This document shows, in pieces, positions 29,766 to 42,270 of a stretch of 64,000 nucleotides of DNA. Below the pieces are notes generated by a model. It had not been told where the DNA came from. It made no database searches and worked only from the letters and a program-made list of their open reading frames with translations. The position numbers were made by a program, and so were the translations under genes. Origin of the DNA: Strigamia acuminata (lineage: Eukaryota); NCBI GenBank assembly GCA_949358305.1, contig OX442314.1, forward strand, positions 3,286,001-3,350,000, given 5' to 3'. Position 1 is the stretch's first letter. Every line of letters begins with the position of its first letter.

Positions 29766-31667
29766 TGTGACGGTTTACAATGGCTATAAATGCCTATTTT
29801 CTTAGAAAGAAGCGCTGTTGCGCCATTATCATGATATCTCGAAGATATTCTGTGTAAAACTGATAAATGTCTGGAATAAAGTTATTTATGATGTTTCAAA
29901 TACAAAGATGTTCGTTTATTAAGAATAAACACTCATTCCTACTTGATATCAAAGGATTCCGGCCGAATCACGAAGAGTCGTCTGCTAAAACCGCATTTGT
30001 CAATGCGCAATGTTGCCACAAGATGGCGCGATTACGATTTAGCGGCAAATTCAAGATATGAATATAAAACATGTAAATAAATATAAAACTATATTTACTA
30101 GAACGAAACGAAGCTTTGTGAACATTAATATAAAGATATATTAATGTCTTTTGATGTTAAATACATTATAACTTCCATTTTCTGCGGGATAGAACATTTG
30201 GTGATCAATCGATCAACCGATCGATCTGATTGGTGGATCCATTTCCGGCCCTGGGTATCCAGTTCCGGTTGTGGTGAGAATTAGCATAATGCTCCTCCGT
30301 ATCCACTTCCGGTGATACGGGATTGGAGGGATTCGTGGAACCCATGTTCCAATTGGATGACTGGATTAATCCTTAATCCAGTCAGGTTATATAAACCCAA
30401 ACAACCGGCCATTCGGCAGCTCTGTTTGATTATTTTCTGTTTGGTATTGTTACTTAAGAAATATGATTCGTTGTTCACGTAAAAAACCTTTTGGTTCTTT
30501 GTTGATTTATTCGCAAAGAACCGTTGCATGATTCTACAGAATCATGCCACCGCCGGCAATTGAAGTCGAAGTGCTGGGATTATTATGTTGCATAAATGTT
30601 ACAGTCTACGGTTGCGACGCCGAAGGAGAACCCGCCGTTGTGCAATTCAGTATCCTCCGGACAGGACCAAGTTGTCTTTTTCGGTATGAACGTATTCCGT
30701 TACCACGAGTAGCATCGGTATTGTTGAGAATCGGTTCCTTCACCTGATGGTGCCAAAGCAGTCTGTTTTACAGTAACCACGAGTAGCACCAAGTGTTTGG
30801 CAAGCTGATTCTCATGGTATTCGATGCCAAAGCAGTCGGTCTATTATTAGTACCGCGAGAGATAAAACTGCTGTGCGGAGCCGCGAGCTATCGACCCCTG
30901 TGTACGTGGTACCGTCAACCACTCGATGGACGACCGTGCTGCGACGCCGGGGACGCTTGATACCGTTCTGCATGGCAAGGCGTATATTCTAATCGATGGC
31001 AATTGTGTGTTGCGACGGGAAGCTTAATCTTCATTTTATTTATAACAGCAAAACTTAAACTCGACAACCAGTTGGACCAAAATCAAGTCAGAAGACTTAA
31101 TCTCATATTGAACTCAATATAACCGATAAGTTGACGACAACTTATTCCCGAAATATCTAAATAAGAATTCACAACGATATGAATTAAATATAATTCATAA
31201 GTGGAATATTGATAAGTAAATGAATACATTTACTTACACCAATATCCTCCCAAAGTTGTGGCGGTGCAGACAAAGTCAACCGCAATGCTCAGATCATTCG
31301 ATTTATCGACGTGCGATAGTTTACACAGCGAACCAAGGAAACCAGCGAAGCCGTATCGGACTCCAGGACACAGCCATCCGGCTTAAGATGACATCTATAA
31401 TCAGGTCGAGCGATGGGGAAACCGCTCCCATATTCCAGACCCGTAGTGATATTATTCTAGGGCCAGTTGGCCAATTCTTTGTATAGTTTAATAGCTGATT
31501 TAACTTGCCAAATGTCGGCATTAGTCCTATGTATAATTTAGCCTTGATATTATTGTTTACCAACAATAAACTGTCTTGTATTTATCTCGTATTGTATTCA
31601 CTGTTTATTTATTGCGATCTCTTCCCGGTACCATTGTTAAATGGGAGTTGTGGTCGTCACCGTCACA
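29766..31667 (+). repeat. Element I 5' LTR (1902 bp)
   Basis: Direct repeat of 37574-39475, one mismatch noticed; TATATAAA at about 30388. Confidence 0.96.
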
Positions 31668-32520
31668 CGTGGAGGTCCCACCGAGATAGGTTGCAATTAA
31701 ATTCAATTGAATTGCAAACAGTGAACTTTTGAGATAAATATTAACTAAACAGATTTAGTTAAAAATAGACAAACAGCTTTTCAGTTTTACTTTTCATCCG
31801 AGAAGTTAAACTGATGAAATAGAAATGTGTAGTAGATTTTCCTTCATTATTTTCGTTTGAAGAGTTTAGGGATTTCAAAGACTACCACCTAATCTCACAC
31901 GTGGAGGTCCCACCGAGATTAGGTTGCAATTAAATTCGATTGAATTGCAACAGTGAATATTGGAGATAAATATTTAACTAAAAGATTTAAGTTAAAAATA
32001 GACAGATTAAATTTTCAGTTTATATTTCCATGTGAAGAAGTTAAACTGATGAAATAGAAATACGTAGTAGATTTTCCTTCATTATTTTCGTTTGAAGATT
32101 TTAGGGATTTCAAAGACTACCACCTAATCTCACACGTGGAGGTCCCACCGAGATTAGGTTGCAATTAAATTCGATAGAATTGTAAAAGTGAATTTTGAGA
32201 TAAATATTTAACTAAAAGATTTAGTTAAAAAACAGACAAGTTTCAAACCATGTTTATTTTCTTGAGAAAAAACCAAAACAGTCCTTTAACTAGGAATTTC
32301 GGAAGTTATAGACCTATCACACGATCACTGAAATAGGTTGCAAATTAATTCGATCGAATTGCAAAAGCGAATCTTGAATCCGATATTAACTAAAAAATTT
32401 TAGTTAAAACAGACAAATAGATTTTCAGTTTATATTTTCATGTGAAAAGTTAAACTGACGAAATGGAAACGTTTAGTGAACTCTCTTTACTATTTTCGTT
32501 CGACAATTTAAGGAATACGA
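31663..32520 (+). repeat. Tandem about 233-bp repeats carrying PBS copies
   Basis: TCACACG-TGGAGGTCCCACCGAGAT with PBS starting at 31670, 31902 and 32137, plus a degenerate fourth unit from about 32317; the 18-mer is complementary to the tRNA-Gln 3' end. Confidence 0.88.
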
Positions 32521-35079
32521 AGTATTTTAAATAAGAAATCAAAAAAGTTTCGAGTGAAATAAGAATACAGATATTTTTTTCGAAGTTTGTTTTATTTCGA
32601 AAAGCTAAAAACATACAAGTTTAGAAGGCGGACTTCTTACGAATTTATCTTTCCACCTGAAAAGTTAAAACGAAGAAAACACCGCAACTATTTGGAAATA
32701 TTTACAAGAAATTAAGTTTCTTGTAACTGTACGTCGACGCCGATAGCCAGCGACCACGCGCCGTAGCAATACGCGTCGATCTCCGTATCAAACGCAGCCG
32801 GGAAGCTACTCAAACCTTCAACGCAAGGTGCGAACGAATGCTTGGAAATTATGGCGGACAACAGATAAAAGACAGCGGAGAAATGTTACAGAAGGTTCGT
32901 AGAGATTTATTTAAGTGTCGCGAACTAATTTTTCCACTGCCATCGGTACCAAAGATAATTTAGTTGTTGGAGAAAAACAACACACTCCATTTCGCAGAAA
33001 AGATTTGCAAATCGAAATGAATATTACCTTTATTTGAAGGAATTAACTATTTTCACAAAAAGTACATTTTTTCCTTCGGGACAATGGAAATTAAGAAAAT
33101 ATAAAATGGCGGCGAATGAAGTTGCCGACCACGTAGAATAGTATTTTTTACATTGAAAGTTACGAATCACGATAAACGCTTTCCCTCGGAAAAGTAAAAG
33201 GATTTCATTCAATCTTTCCTTTCGGAAATTTAACAGTGTTTTAAGTTTCCAACGATATTTGGGTCTCCCAAATTTTGAGAATTTCTAAATGAAATTTAGC
33301 TGTGTGAAAAACAACGAATATTTTTAGTAATCTAATCGGACATTTTCCCACATGATTTCTTAAAACCGGAATAACAAATCCATTTGTGGCTATGAACTTT
33401 GCCACATGAAATATTTACGGAGCGAATATTTTTTGATTGGATTGAAGCTTTAAAATCAGATAGCTGACTTAAACGAAGAAAATAAGTTTCAAAGTAATTA
33501 TTTTTCTTTCGGAAAAATCAAATAAATCACCGCTGATGAAAAGTTGTATTTTTCCATTCGAAAAACTAAGAATTGCACAAGATTTATCTTCTATTTTGAA
33601 CATAGATTTTATTCGGAAAAGGAAAGATTCTAGATACATTATTTTTCTCTAAAAATTAAGAATTTAGTCAATTTTCCTAAAGGTTAATGGAATGTCATCA
33701 TATATTTCGTTCGTAATTTACGTGTTAAAGTTTAATCAGAAAAACGATTGAATATGTTTTATTTGCGATAAGTAAAAGAAAGGTTCTTTAAAAATGGAAT
33801 TTCGATGCAAATCCCACAGTAAAGGGAATGTTATGTGTGAGCAATTAACGAAAAGTTGGAATAACTTCATTTTATTTCATTCAAAAGTAGTTGTGAAAAA
33901 TCAATTTCAAATATTTTTCAAAGAAAAATTATTTTTATCGGAAAAAAGTAATTTACATGTCCTCGCGCGGACCGAGTAGTAAACTGCTTAATTGTGACAT
34001 CGATACTGTTATTGTGTCACGTGTTATACGGAATTCCAAACCAGTGAATTACGAATTTTGGCGCGATAGGAATAAAAGTTTGACAGTGAAAGTTCTCCAG
34101 ATTTGTCTTTTCATTTGAAAAGTTCAAATTGAGGAAATGCTGCAGCAGATGAAGGTATTTACGACAATTGCGATCTAAATATTCTTTCATTAGAAAGATA
34201 AAAGATTTCTACAAAACATCTCGTTATTAGAGATAAGGGGGACGAAAATTATTAAAACGAATAATCAAAGACACGTCCTTCGTAAATACCGCAAAGGAAT
34301 AACCAATTGTGAAAACAATTGTCCGCTCAAGAAAATTGGAATTTAGCTAGATATTTTCTTTCGAAAAATCAAAGCAATTGTCATCAAAAAGAAAGATTTG
34401 ATGAATAATTTTTACCCAAAAGTCTAAAGGATTGTCGAATAGTTTTCTCCCGAAAAACAAGTACACATTTGTACCAATAACTTTATCGTTTAAAGTGAAA
34501 TTTCGAATATTTTCTTTTGGAAGATTAGAGAATTAGATAATTTTTCTCGCAAAACAAATTTAAAGAATTTTAACGAATTTTTATTTGTTAAAAAAAATTG
34601 TTAAAAAAGGGGGAGATGGATGGTGAAAATTTATTTTTTACACTCGAAAAATGGAATTTAGCCCCGAAAAAGTAAAGACTTGGTCAAATTATTTTTCCTA
34701 TTGGAAATGAATACACAATGTTGGGAATCGAAAATAGATTTCAATTACAAAGGAATGATTATGTGAACGATAATTGAATAAGAATAAGAAAAATTGAGAG
34801 TTTGAGAAAACTTTATTAAAGTTGTGGTTGTAACGATATCACACACTAACGGAATAATTAAAAGAAAAATATTTTTTGAAGAAAAGTTATTTAATTATTT
34901 GGATTGGTAAAAATCCCAAAGTTCAAGAAGATTGAAGTAAGTTTATTTTATTTTCATTTGAAAAATACAATATTTTACGAATGTCTTCCCGAAGGAATTT
35001 TATTTTATCGGTAAAATTGAATCTCGAAGGGAACGGACTTAGTAGAGAACTACTAAATAGATGTAACGTCCTTTATACC

Positions 35080-35177
35080 ATTGGCCGACACTAACATCCG
35101 CCAATCAGAAGCCGGGAGATCTAGGAATCCCCAGCCCCCTGCTATTAAAGGAGGACCAGATCAGACACTGATCATTC
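35080..35177 (+). promoter_or_regulatory. Putative internal Pol II promoter of the orphan ORF
   Basis: ATTGG 35080, CCAAT 35101, TATTAAA 35143 and Inr-like TCATTC 35172 (29 bp after the TATA-like box) in a local GC-richer island. Confidence 0.5.
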
Positions 35178-35437
35178 GTTTCCAGACCAGACCCGGAGAC
35201 GTGTTCCAGAGCCATCTTGACCACGCCGTCCCGATTTCAGTCACGATTCGAATTTTGTGTGCCGTGTAACCTGCAAAGCTACACGTGTTAAACAAACGCG
35301 AAGTGTAATTTTACTGTGTTAACGTAAAGTTTAGAAGTGTTTCTTGTGGAAAAAGTGTATTATATTGTTCTTTTAAAGGGCGTATATTCGTGTTCTTTAT
35401 AATTAAAGAATTAAAATCGTCAGATTTTGAATTTAGT

Positions 35438-36961
35438 ATGGCTCAAAAACCATTGAAAATGGTCGATCTCGAGGGAATTAATAAACGAACAAACTTAAAT
35501 TTAAGTTATGTACCACTTGGCGATCAAACAGAAAAGATTCCTGATCATTTTACTCTGTATTGTAATCGTCATGGACTGGATAAAACCAAGTTTAAAAATA
35601 TAACCGAAGCTTCGGACTATGTAACAGCTAGGAACTGGCGAGATCGTACCCAATCTCAATCTTCGCATCGAGATCCAGTACGGAATCCACAAACATCCAG
35701 TCGAAACTTAGTGAATCAAGATTCTCATACTATGTTTCAAACATCCAGTAGTGGATCTAACTTTGAAAAGTTTAAACCACCTAATTCGGTAGATAAGGGG
35801 GAAAAGAATTATAAACCTAATAATTCTCGTCCAGAGAGTTCCTTAACTAACCAGTCGGTTGTTCAGAACAAATTAAAACTCTATTACAATCGAGATCAGC
35901 TGATTTCAGTTCGATATACTAATCTAGCTGAAGCACAACGATATGTGGCTAGCCTTCATCTGCCGATTAACCTACCACTATCAAAAGAATTGGGAACGGT
36001 AAACAAAAGTTTTGGGCCATCAATACCAGTGCAAAAAGAAGATATTCGGGCTGCAAACAAACATTTGCGGTCACCGAATCCTCGCGATGGATTTACGAAT
36101 CTTTTTTCCAACTATACGAGCGAGAAAAGTGGTTTACCTACTCCAAACAAATGTTTGCAGTCACTTAACTTACAACAAAGCATCCGATCGCCGAACACAA
36201 ACTCATGTTTGCGGACAAATGATTTGTCCACCAAAAAGAAGAGTCTTCAGCCAAGACAATTCTATCTAACGCCCATTTCAAAACGGAAAAAGGTCCAACA
36301 CAATAATAAGAGGGACTTTAAACCTAAAAAAGAAAGTTTTTTGACTAACCCACGGGAGATTCGGTATCAATTCGAACAGTATTGTAAACAATACCAGTTA
36401 AATTCAGCTGAATTTAATAGTATAGACGAAGCGCAACAATTTGTATTTCGAAGTCAATACCGTACTCAACGAATAAACCCAGACCCAGTCGTCAATCTGA
36501 CGGAGATACAACAATTTGCGCCTGGAAAGCAACCCTGCAATATCCAGAAGAATTCATCTCAACGAGAGGAATTAAGAACTTCAAAAAAGCGTTTTCGGTC
36601 ACCAAGTCCAGCTGGTGATGAAGAAACTTCAAGTACAAACCAACATGTTCAAAAACTGACTGAACACCCAGGTTTCCAATCATCAGTTCCACGACTTAGA
36701 GTCAAATATAGATCCCCTCGTTTGTTGCGGGATTTCACAATTCCAAATATGGGTCCCTTCCACGTATGGTTTTCCAATGAGGGTCCCATTCATGTATGGT
36801 TTTCCAGAGATGACCTAAAACAAAAAGTTGGGTCGTCACGGTCATTTACACTGCCAAGTGAGTACACTGTGTGTAACTGCCCAAAGAAAAACGTCGAAAG
36901 AAATCAGTACAGCAGGCTGAGAGATCTCGGAAATTTGCAAATATGCGAGCTCAATATTTAG
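35438..36961 (+). CDS. Orphan 507-aa basic protein with three copies of a 29-aa module
   Basis: Long open frame in AT-rich DNA, ATG 35438; ungapped internal repeats at about 35537, 35861 and 36359; no retroelement motif recognised. Confidence 0.65.
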   Translation: MAQKPLKMVDLEGINKRTNLNLSYVPLGDQTEKIPDHFTLYCNRHGLDKTKFKNITEASDYVTARNWRDRTQSQSSHRDPVRNPQTSSRNLVNQDSHTMFQTSSSGSNFEKFKPPNSVDKGEKNYKPNNSRPESSLTNQSVVQNKLKLYYNRDQLISVRYTNLAEAQRYVASLHLPINLPLSKELGTVNKSFGPSIPVQKEDIRAANKHLRSPNPRDGFTNLFSNYTSEKSGLPTPNKCLQSLNLQQSIRSPNTNSCLRTNDLSTKKKSLQPRQFYLTPISKRKKVQHNNKRDFKPKKESFLTNPREIRYQFEQYCKQYQLNSAEFNSIDEAQQFVFRSQYRTQRINPDPVVNLTEIQQFAPGKQPCNIQKNSSQREELRTSKKRFRSPSPAGDEETSSTNQHVQKLTEHPGFQSSVPRLRVKYRSPRLLRDFTIPNMGPFHVWFSNEGPIHVWFSRDDLKQKVGSSRSFTLPSEYTVCNCPKKNVERNQYSRLRDLGNLQICELNI

Positions 36962-37573
36962 CAAAGAATCATGTTGATTAACATGATATGATACACAAAG
37001 ATTCCCCGATTATAGTGTAAACAGAAAATCCTCTTCTAAAAATCATGACCTCTCTTCTAAAGAAAAGGGGGACAAAATATAAAAGTTAGAATTAACAAAA
37101 TTTTGAAAAGTAATGCTACATTATTAAGACAACTAGTTTAATTAAATTAGTCAATTGTACAAAGAATACCAAGTGACTCCGGTCATGACAATTAAGGGGG
37201 ACAATTATGATTTCTTAATTGTCAACTCTTATCATCCGAAAGCTATTATTGTATATTTATAGCGATACATCTGACTAGGCATATGAAATAAATAATTTGT
37301 GATAACACAAATGATGACTTTATGTATGACGAAGGTTTCTTCAAAAGAAGACTTGGAAATAAATTCTCAACTTGAATTTGTACTATTAGAAAAGTTATTT
37401 CGGCAGAAAATCAGAACTTAGATAATTCAATTAGTTTACGTAAATTCAAATTCAGAATTGGAAGTCACAATATCTCCAAGATACATCAAGTCCGAAAAAA
37501 TAGCATTTATGCTAATTCAGAGAATAACGAAAATTCTATAAAATTTTATATAATTGTGTTATTAAGGGGGATG

Positions 37574-39475
37574 TGTGACGGTTTACAATGGCTATAAATG
37601 CCTATTTTCTTAGAAAGAAGCGCTGTTGCGCCATTATCATGATATCTCGAAGATATTCTGTGTAAAACTGATAAATGTCTGGAATAAAGTTATTTATGAT
37701 GTTTCAAATACAAAGATGTTCGTTTATTAAGAATAAACACTCATTCCTACTTGATATCAAAGGATTCCGGCCGAATCACGAAGAGTCGTCTGCTAAAACC
37801 GCATTTGTCAATGCGCAATGTTGCCACAAGATGGCGCGATTACGATTTAGCGGCAAATTCAAGATATGAATATAAAACATGTAAATAAATATAAAACTAT
37901 ATTTACTAGAACGAAACGAAGCTTTGTGAACATTAATATAAAGATATATTAATGTCTTTTGATGTTAAATACATTATAACTTCCATTTTCTGCGGGATAG
38001 AACATTTGGTGATCAATCGATCAACCGATCGATCTGATTGGTGGATCCATTTCCGGCCCTGGGTATCCAGTTCCGGTTGTGGTGAGAATTAGCATAATGC
38101 TCCTCCGTATCCACTTCCGGTGATACGGGATTGGAGGGATTCGTGGAACCCATGTTCCAATTGGATGACTGGATTAATCCTTAATCCAGTCAGGTTATAT
38201 AAACCCAAACAACCGGCCATTCGGCAGCTCTGTTTGATTATTTTCTGTTTGGTATTGTTACTTAAGAAATATGATTCGTTGTTCACGTAAAAAACCTTTT
38301 GGTTCTTTGTTGATTTATTCGCAAAGAACCGTTGCATGATTCTACAGAATCATGCCACCGCCGGCAATTGAAGTCGAAGTGCTGGGATTATTATGTTGCA
38401 TAAATGTTACAGTCTACGGTTGCGACGCCGAAGGAGAACCCGCCGTTGTGCAATTCAGTATCCTCCGGACAGGACCAAGTTGTCTTTTTCGGTATGAACG
38501 TATTCCGTTACCACGAGTAGCATCGGTATTGTTGAGAATCGGTTCCTTCACCTGATGGTGCCAAAGCAGTCTGTTTAACAGTAACCACGAGTAGCACCAA
38601 GTGTTTGGCAAGCTGATTCTCATGGTATTCGATGCCAAAGCAGTCGGTCTATTATTAGTACCGCGAGAGATAAAACTGCTGTGCGGAGCCGCGAGCTATC
38701 GACCCCTGTGTACGTGGTACCGTCAACCACTCGATGGACGACCGTGCTGCGACGCCGGGGACGCTTGATACCGTTCTGCATGGCAAGGCGTATATTCTAA
38801 TCGATGGCAATTGTGTGTTGCGACGGGAAGCTTAATCTTCATTTTATTTATAACAGCAAAACTTAAACTCGACAACCAGTTGGACCAAAATCAAGTCAGA
38901 AGACTTAATCTCATATTGAACTCAATATAACCGATAAGTTGACGACAACTTATTCCCGAAATATCTAAATAAGAATTCACAACGATATGAATTAAATATA
39001 ATTCATAAGTGGAATATTGATAAGTAAATGAATACATTTACTTACACCAATATCCTCCCAAAGTTGTGGCGGTGCAGACAAAGTCAACCGCAATGCTCAG
39101 ATCATTCGATTTATCGACGTGCGATAGTTTACACAGCGAACCAAGGAAACCAGCGAAGCCGTATCGGACTCCAGGACACAGCCATCCGGCTTAAGATGAC
39201 ATCTATAATCAGGTCGAGCGATGGGGAAACCGCTCCCATATTCCAGACCCGTAGTGATATTATTCTAGGGCCAGTTGGCCAATTCTTTGTATAGTTTAAT
39301 AGCTGATTTAACTTGCCAAATGTCGGCATTAGTCCTATGTATAATTTAGCCTTGATATTATTGTTTACCAACAATAAACTGTCTTGTATTTATCTCGTAT
39401 TGTATTCACTGTTTATTTATTGCGATCTCTTCCCGGTACCATTGTTAAATGGGAGTTGTGGTCGTCACCGTCACA
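37574..39475 (+). repeat. Element I 3' LTR
   Basis: Direct repeat of 29766-31667. Confidence 0.96.
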
Positions 39476-39479
39476 ATCG

Positions 39480-41697
39480 AGTGATGGAGTTGGCGTTCGA
39501 ACATTTGCCATACGAAGTACTGCGCAGATATATGGACGATCTTCTATCGGGTGCGAAAACGAACGCGGAGTTAATCGAGAAGATGAGGAAGATCTTAATC
39601 GAGGTGAGAAGATCGAAGCTTACATTGAAGTTGAGCAAATGCCACTTCCTCTGCGAGGAAGTACAGTTTCTCGGGTTACGACTGACGAAGGACGGCCTAC
39701 GACCAGGATTCGAGAAAACAAGCGCGATCAAGAATTTTGCGAAGCCAAAAGACGTACGAGGCATAAGGAGTTTTCTGGGATTATGTGGATATTTCCGACG
39801 ATTCATCGCAGGATATGCGACAAAAACGAGAGCGCTAACGAAATTGACTCGAAAGAACGAAACGTTTGTGTGGACAACTGAGTGTGAAGCAGCGTTTCAG
39901 GGGTTGATTGGAGAATTGATTGCGGAGCCAGTGTTGAAGATCTACGATAACACACGACTGTGCGAGGTGCATACGGACGCATCACAAGACGGGATCGGGG
40001 CAGTATTGATGCAGCGAGGCGAAGGAAACGATCTGCATCCGATTATCTATGCGAGTAGAACAACGACCGAATGCGAGAAGGGATACCATTCAACGGAGCT
40101 CGAGTTAATGGCGGTAGTTTGGGCGGTGTTAAAATTTCGAATATACAGCGCAGAATTCACGGTGGTGACAGATTGCGAAGCAGTACGATATGGGTTGAAG
40201 AAACGGGAGTTGACGCCACGAATCGGGAGATGGGTGTTGGCGCTTTCGGAATATAATTTCAAAGCAATACATCGACCAGGATTACTCATCGGCCACGTCG
40301 ACGCCCTGAGTAGGAACGTGGAACCAGCAAGCGGCGAGGAAACGGAGATGGAACGACGGTTCAAAGTTAACCAAATTAAATTTACAGAAGGCGACTGGCT
40401 CGTGGCTGCGCAGGAAAGCGATCCCGAGTGTAAAGAGTTGAAGGACGCGTTGTTGGTAGAAGATAAAAGTTTATTGGACGAACGAATGCAGCACAAGATT
40501 CGAGGATACAAGATCAAGAAAGGACACGTTTACTTCGAGTTAACGGTAAACGGACGGCGAAGAGATGTGTTGTATTTGCCCAAGATGATGAGGAGACAGA
40601 TCACGAACGAAGTACATATTGGACACGCGCATCCGGGGGTCGATGCAACGATTGAGGCGATTCGAAAGAGGTTTTGGTTCCCCAGGATGCGAAGTTACGT
40701 GAAAGCAGCCGTAGGAGCGTGTATCGAGTGTTTGATGAGGAAGGAACCAGGAGGAAAACGAGCCGGCGAGTTGAATATCATCGAGAGGCAAAAGGTGCCG
40801 TTCCACACAGTTCACCTGGATCATGTGGGCCCCTTTCCAAAGAGCGGCATTGGATACCGACACATTTTGGTGGCAGTGTGCAATTTTTCGAAATTGGTTT
40901 TTCTAATGCCGGTAAAATCAACGAACGCAACAACTACGTGCAGAGAGATTCGGAAGTTATGCGCACGAATGTGGATCCCGACGCGGATTATTACAGATCG
41001 AGGAACGGCGTTTACCAACGCGTTGTTTGCAGAAATGTGCAAAGAATTCGAGATTCGACACGTGCTGACTTCGACGGAAAATCCGAGAGCGAACGGGCAA
41101 GTGGAAAGGATGAACCGAACGATAGTCCCGATGTTGGCGAGCCAAACGACGAAGAACGACGGGAGCGATTGGAGCAAAGGGATCGACAAGATCGAAATCG
41201 CGATCAACTCAAGAGTCAACCAATCGACCAAGAAAACACCATTGGAGGTGTTGTACGGGTTCCAGCCGAGAACGATCATCGAGCCAAAATTAGCAGCGAT
41301 AGTAGTTGAGGAAAACGATGAAGACGAGACGGAAATCGAGGACGTAAGAAACGAAGCGTACGAAACACTGACGGAAAACCAGATCAAGCAGAAAAAGGCG
41401 TTCGATAGACATCGAGGACCAAACCGGACATACGAAGTCGGGGATATGGTCGTCGTACGAAGGAAAGCGATCGCAATACAAGGCAAAGCGGGGAAACTCA
41501 GTAATCTGTATCGAGGACCATTGCGAGTAAGTCGGCGGATTTCGAGCACAGTGTACGAGATTACAAGTCTCGAGAACCCGCCTCGATACAAAACGACCGC
41601 ACCAATCGACCAGATGAAGAAATGGACATTCGAGGACGACGCGACATCAGGAGCCGAAGACGAATTAACAAGTGTCGGCGGGGACGCCGACATTTAG
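39480..41697 (+). pseudogene. Gypsy F pol fragment 4 (RT C-half, RNase H, integrase)
   Basis: YMDD, HTDAS, ELELMAVVWA, HVDALSR, H-H-C-C, HLDHVGP, TDRGTAF, NGQVERMNR, YRGP. The N-terminal part of ORF 39313 is LTR read-through. Confidence 0.94.
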
Positions 41698-41710
41698 TCG
41701 GATGACCGAG

Positions 41711-41965
41711 TGTGGAGTTTTTCGGGTGTAACGGGCAATAACGATCGCCAGGGGGCGGGCAGACACAAACGGAATATGTCCGATAAGCGTTTTGGGGGTG
41801 AACAGCCAATTGGGGGCCGTTCTTTGTAATCAACCAATCAGGGTTGACCAGTGTGATATATAATCAGTTTGTTTTGTTTAATAAAATCACTTGAAGTTAA
41901 CTAGAGCTTGTAGTTGTGTCTTGGTAATTTTGGGTCAGCTAGTCTCAGCTTTGAAATAGTTTACA
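41711..41965 (+). repeat. Gypsy F 3' LTR
   Basis: Direct repeat of 13744-13998. Confidence 0.95.
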
Positions 41966-41998
41966 ATAGTTTACAAAAACCCACATCTATTAATAGTA

Positions 41999-42067
41999 AG
42001 GTCAACTAGGGGTTCCAGGAAATCAACTGAGGTCAACTAGGGGTTCTAAGAAATCAACTGAGGTCAA
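41999..42067. repeat. 31-bp tandem duplication
   Basis: AGGTCAACTAGGGGTTC(C/T)A(G/A)GAAATCAACTG x2 plus a partial unit. Confidence 0.85.
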
Positions 42068-42270
42068 ACAACGACAATTTTTAGGCTAAAGTCAAAGTTC
42101 AACCACCTTAAGCAATCAACAAACTCTTTCTATTTTAAAACCCTAGTTTTCACATGCATTGATAGAAAGGTAAAACAAGTAAATATAAAAAACAAAGTCA
42201 GAACACCAGTTGAAATTTTATTAGGGAACAGAGATAGAGGTAGAGATTTGCAAAGGTTCAAAATTTAAAT

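Larger units (their letters stand above)
29766..39475 (+). mobile_element. Non-autonomous LTR element I (LARD-like, 9710 bp, no gag/pol)
   Basis: 1902-bp LTRs TGTGACGG..CCGTCACA, TSD ATCG (29762-29765 / 39476-39479), tRNA-Gln PBS, PPT AAGGGGGA 37564-37571; AT-rich interior with a single orphan ORF. Confidence 0.93.
13744..41965 (+). mobile_element. Gypsy LTR retrotransposon F (micropia/mdg3-like), host of insertions E, D and I
   Basis: 255-bp LTRs, 4-bp TSD ATAG (13740-13743 / 41966-41969), PBS TCAGAAGTGGGAT, gag with three CCHC knuckles, PR-RT-RH-INT order across four fragments. Confidence 0.93.

Noticed and set aside
32730..32965. GC-richer patch in element I with an about 78-codon open stretch, possible gag relic
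   Set aside because: No start codon at its beginning and no convincing motif by eye; needs a profile search.
35438..36961. env gene call for the orphan ORF
   Set aside because: No signal peptide, transmembrane segment or fusion-protein cysteine pattern visible.
39313..39475. Hydrophobic N-terminus on the 794-aa ORF suggesting a signal peptide or env fusion
   Set aside because: It is read-through from the element I 3' LTR into Gypsy F pol at the insertion junction.
40674..41693. Alternate-frame and antisense ORFs over TE pol genes
   Set aside because: Shadow ORFs of biased-composition coding sequence with no independent motifs.
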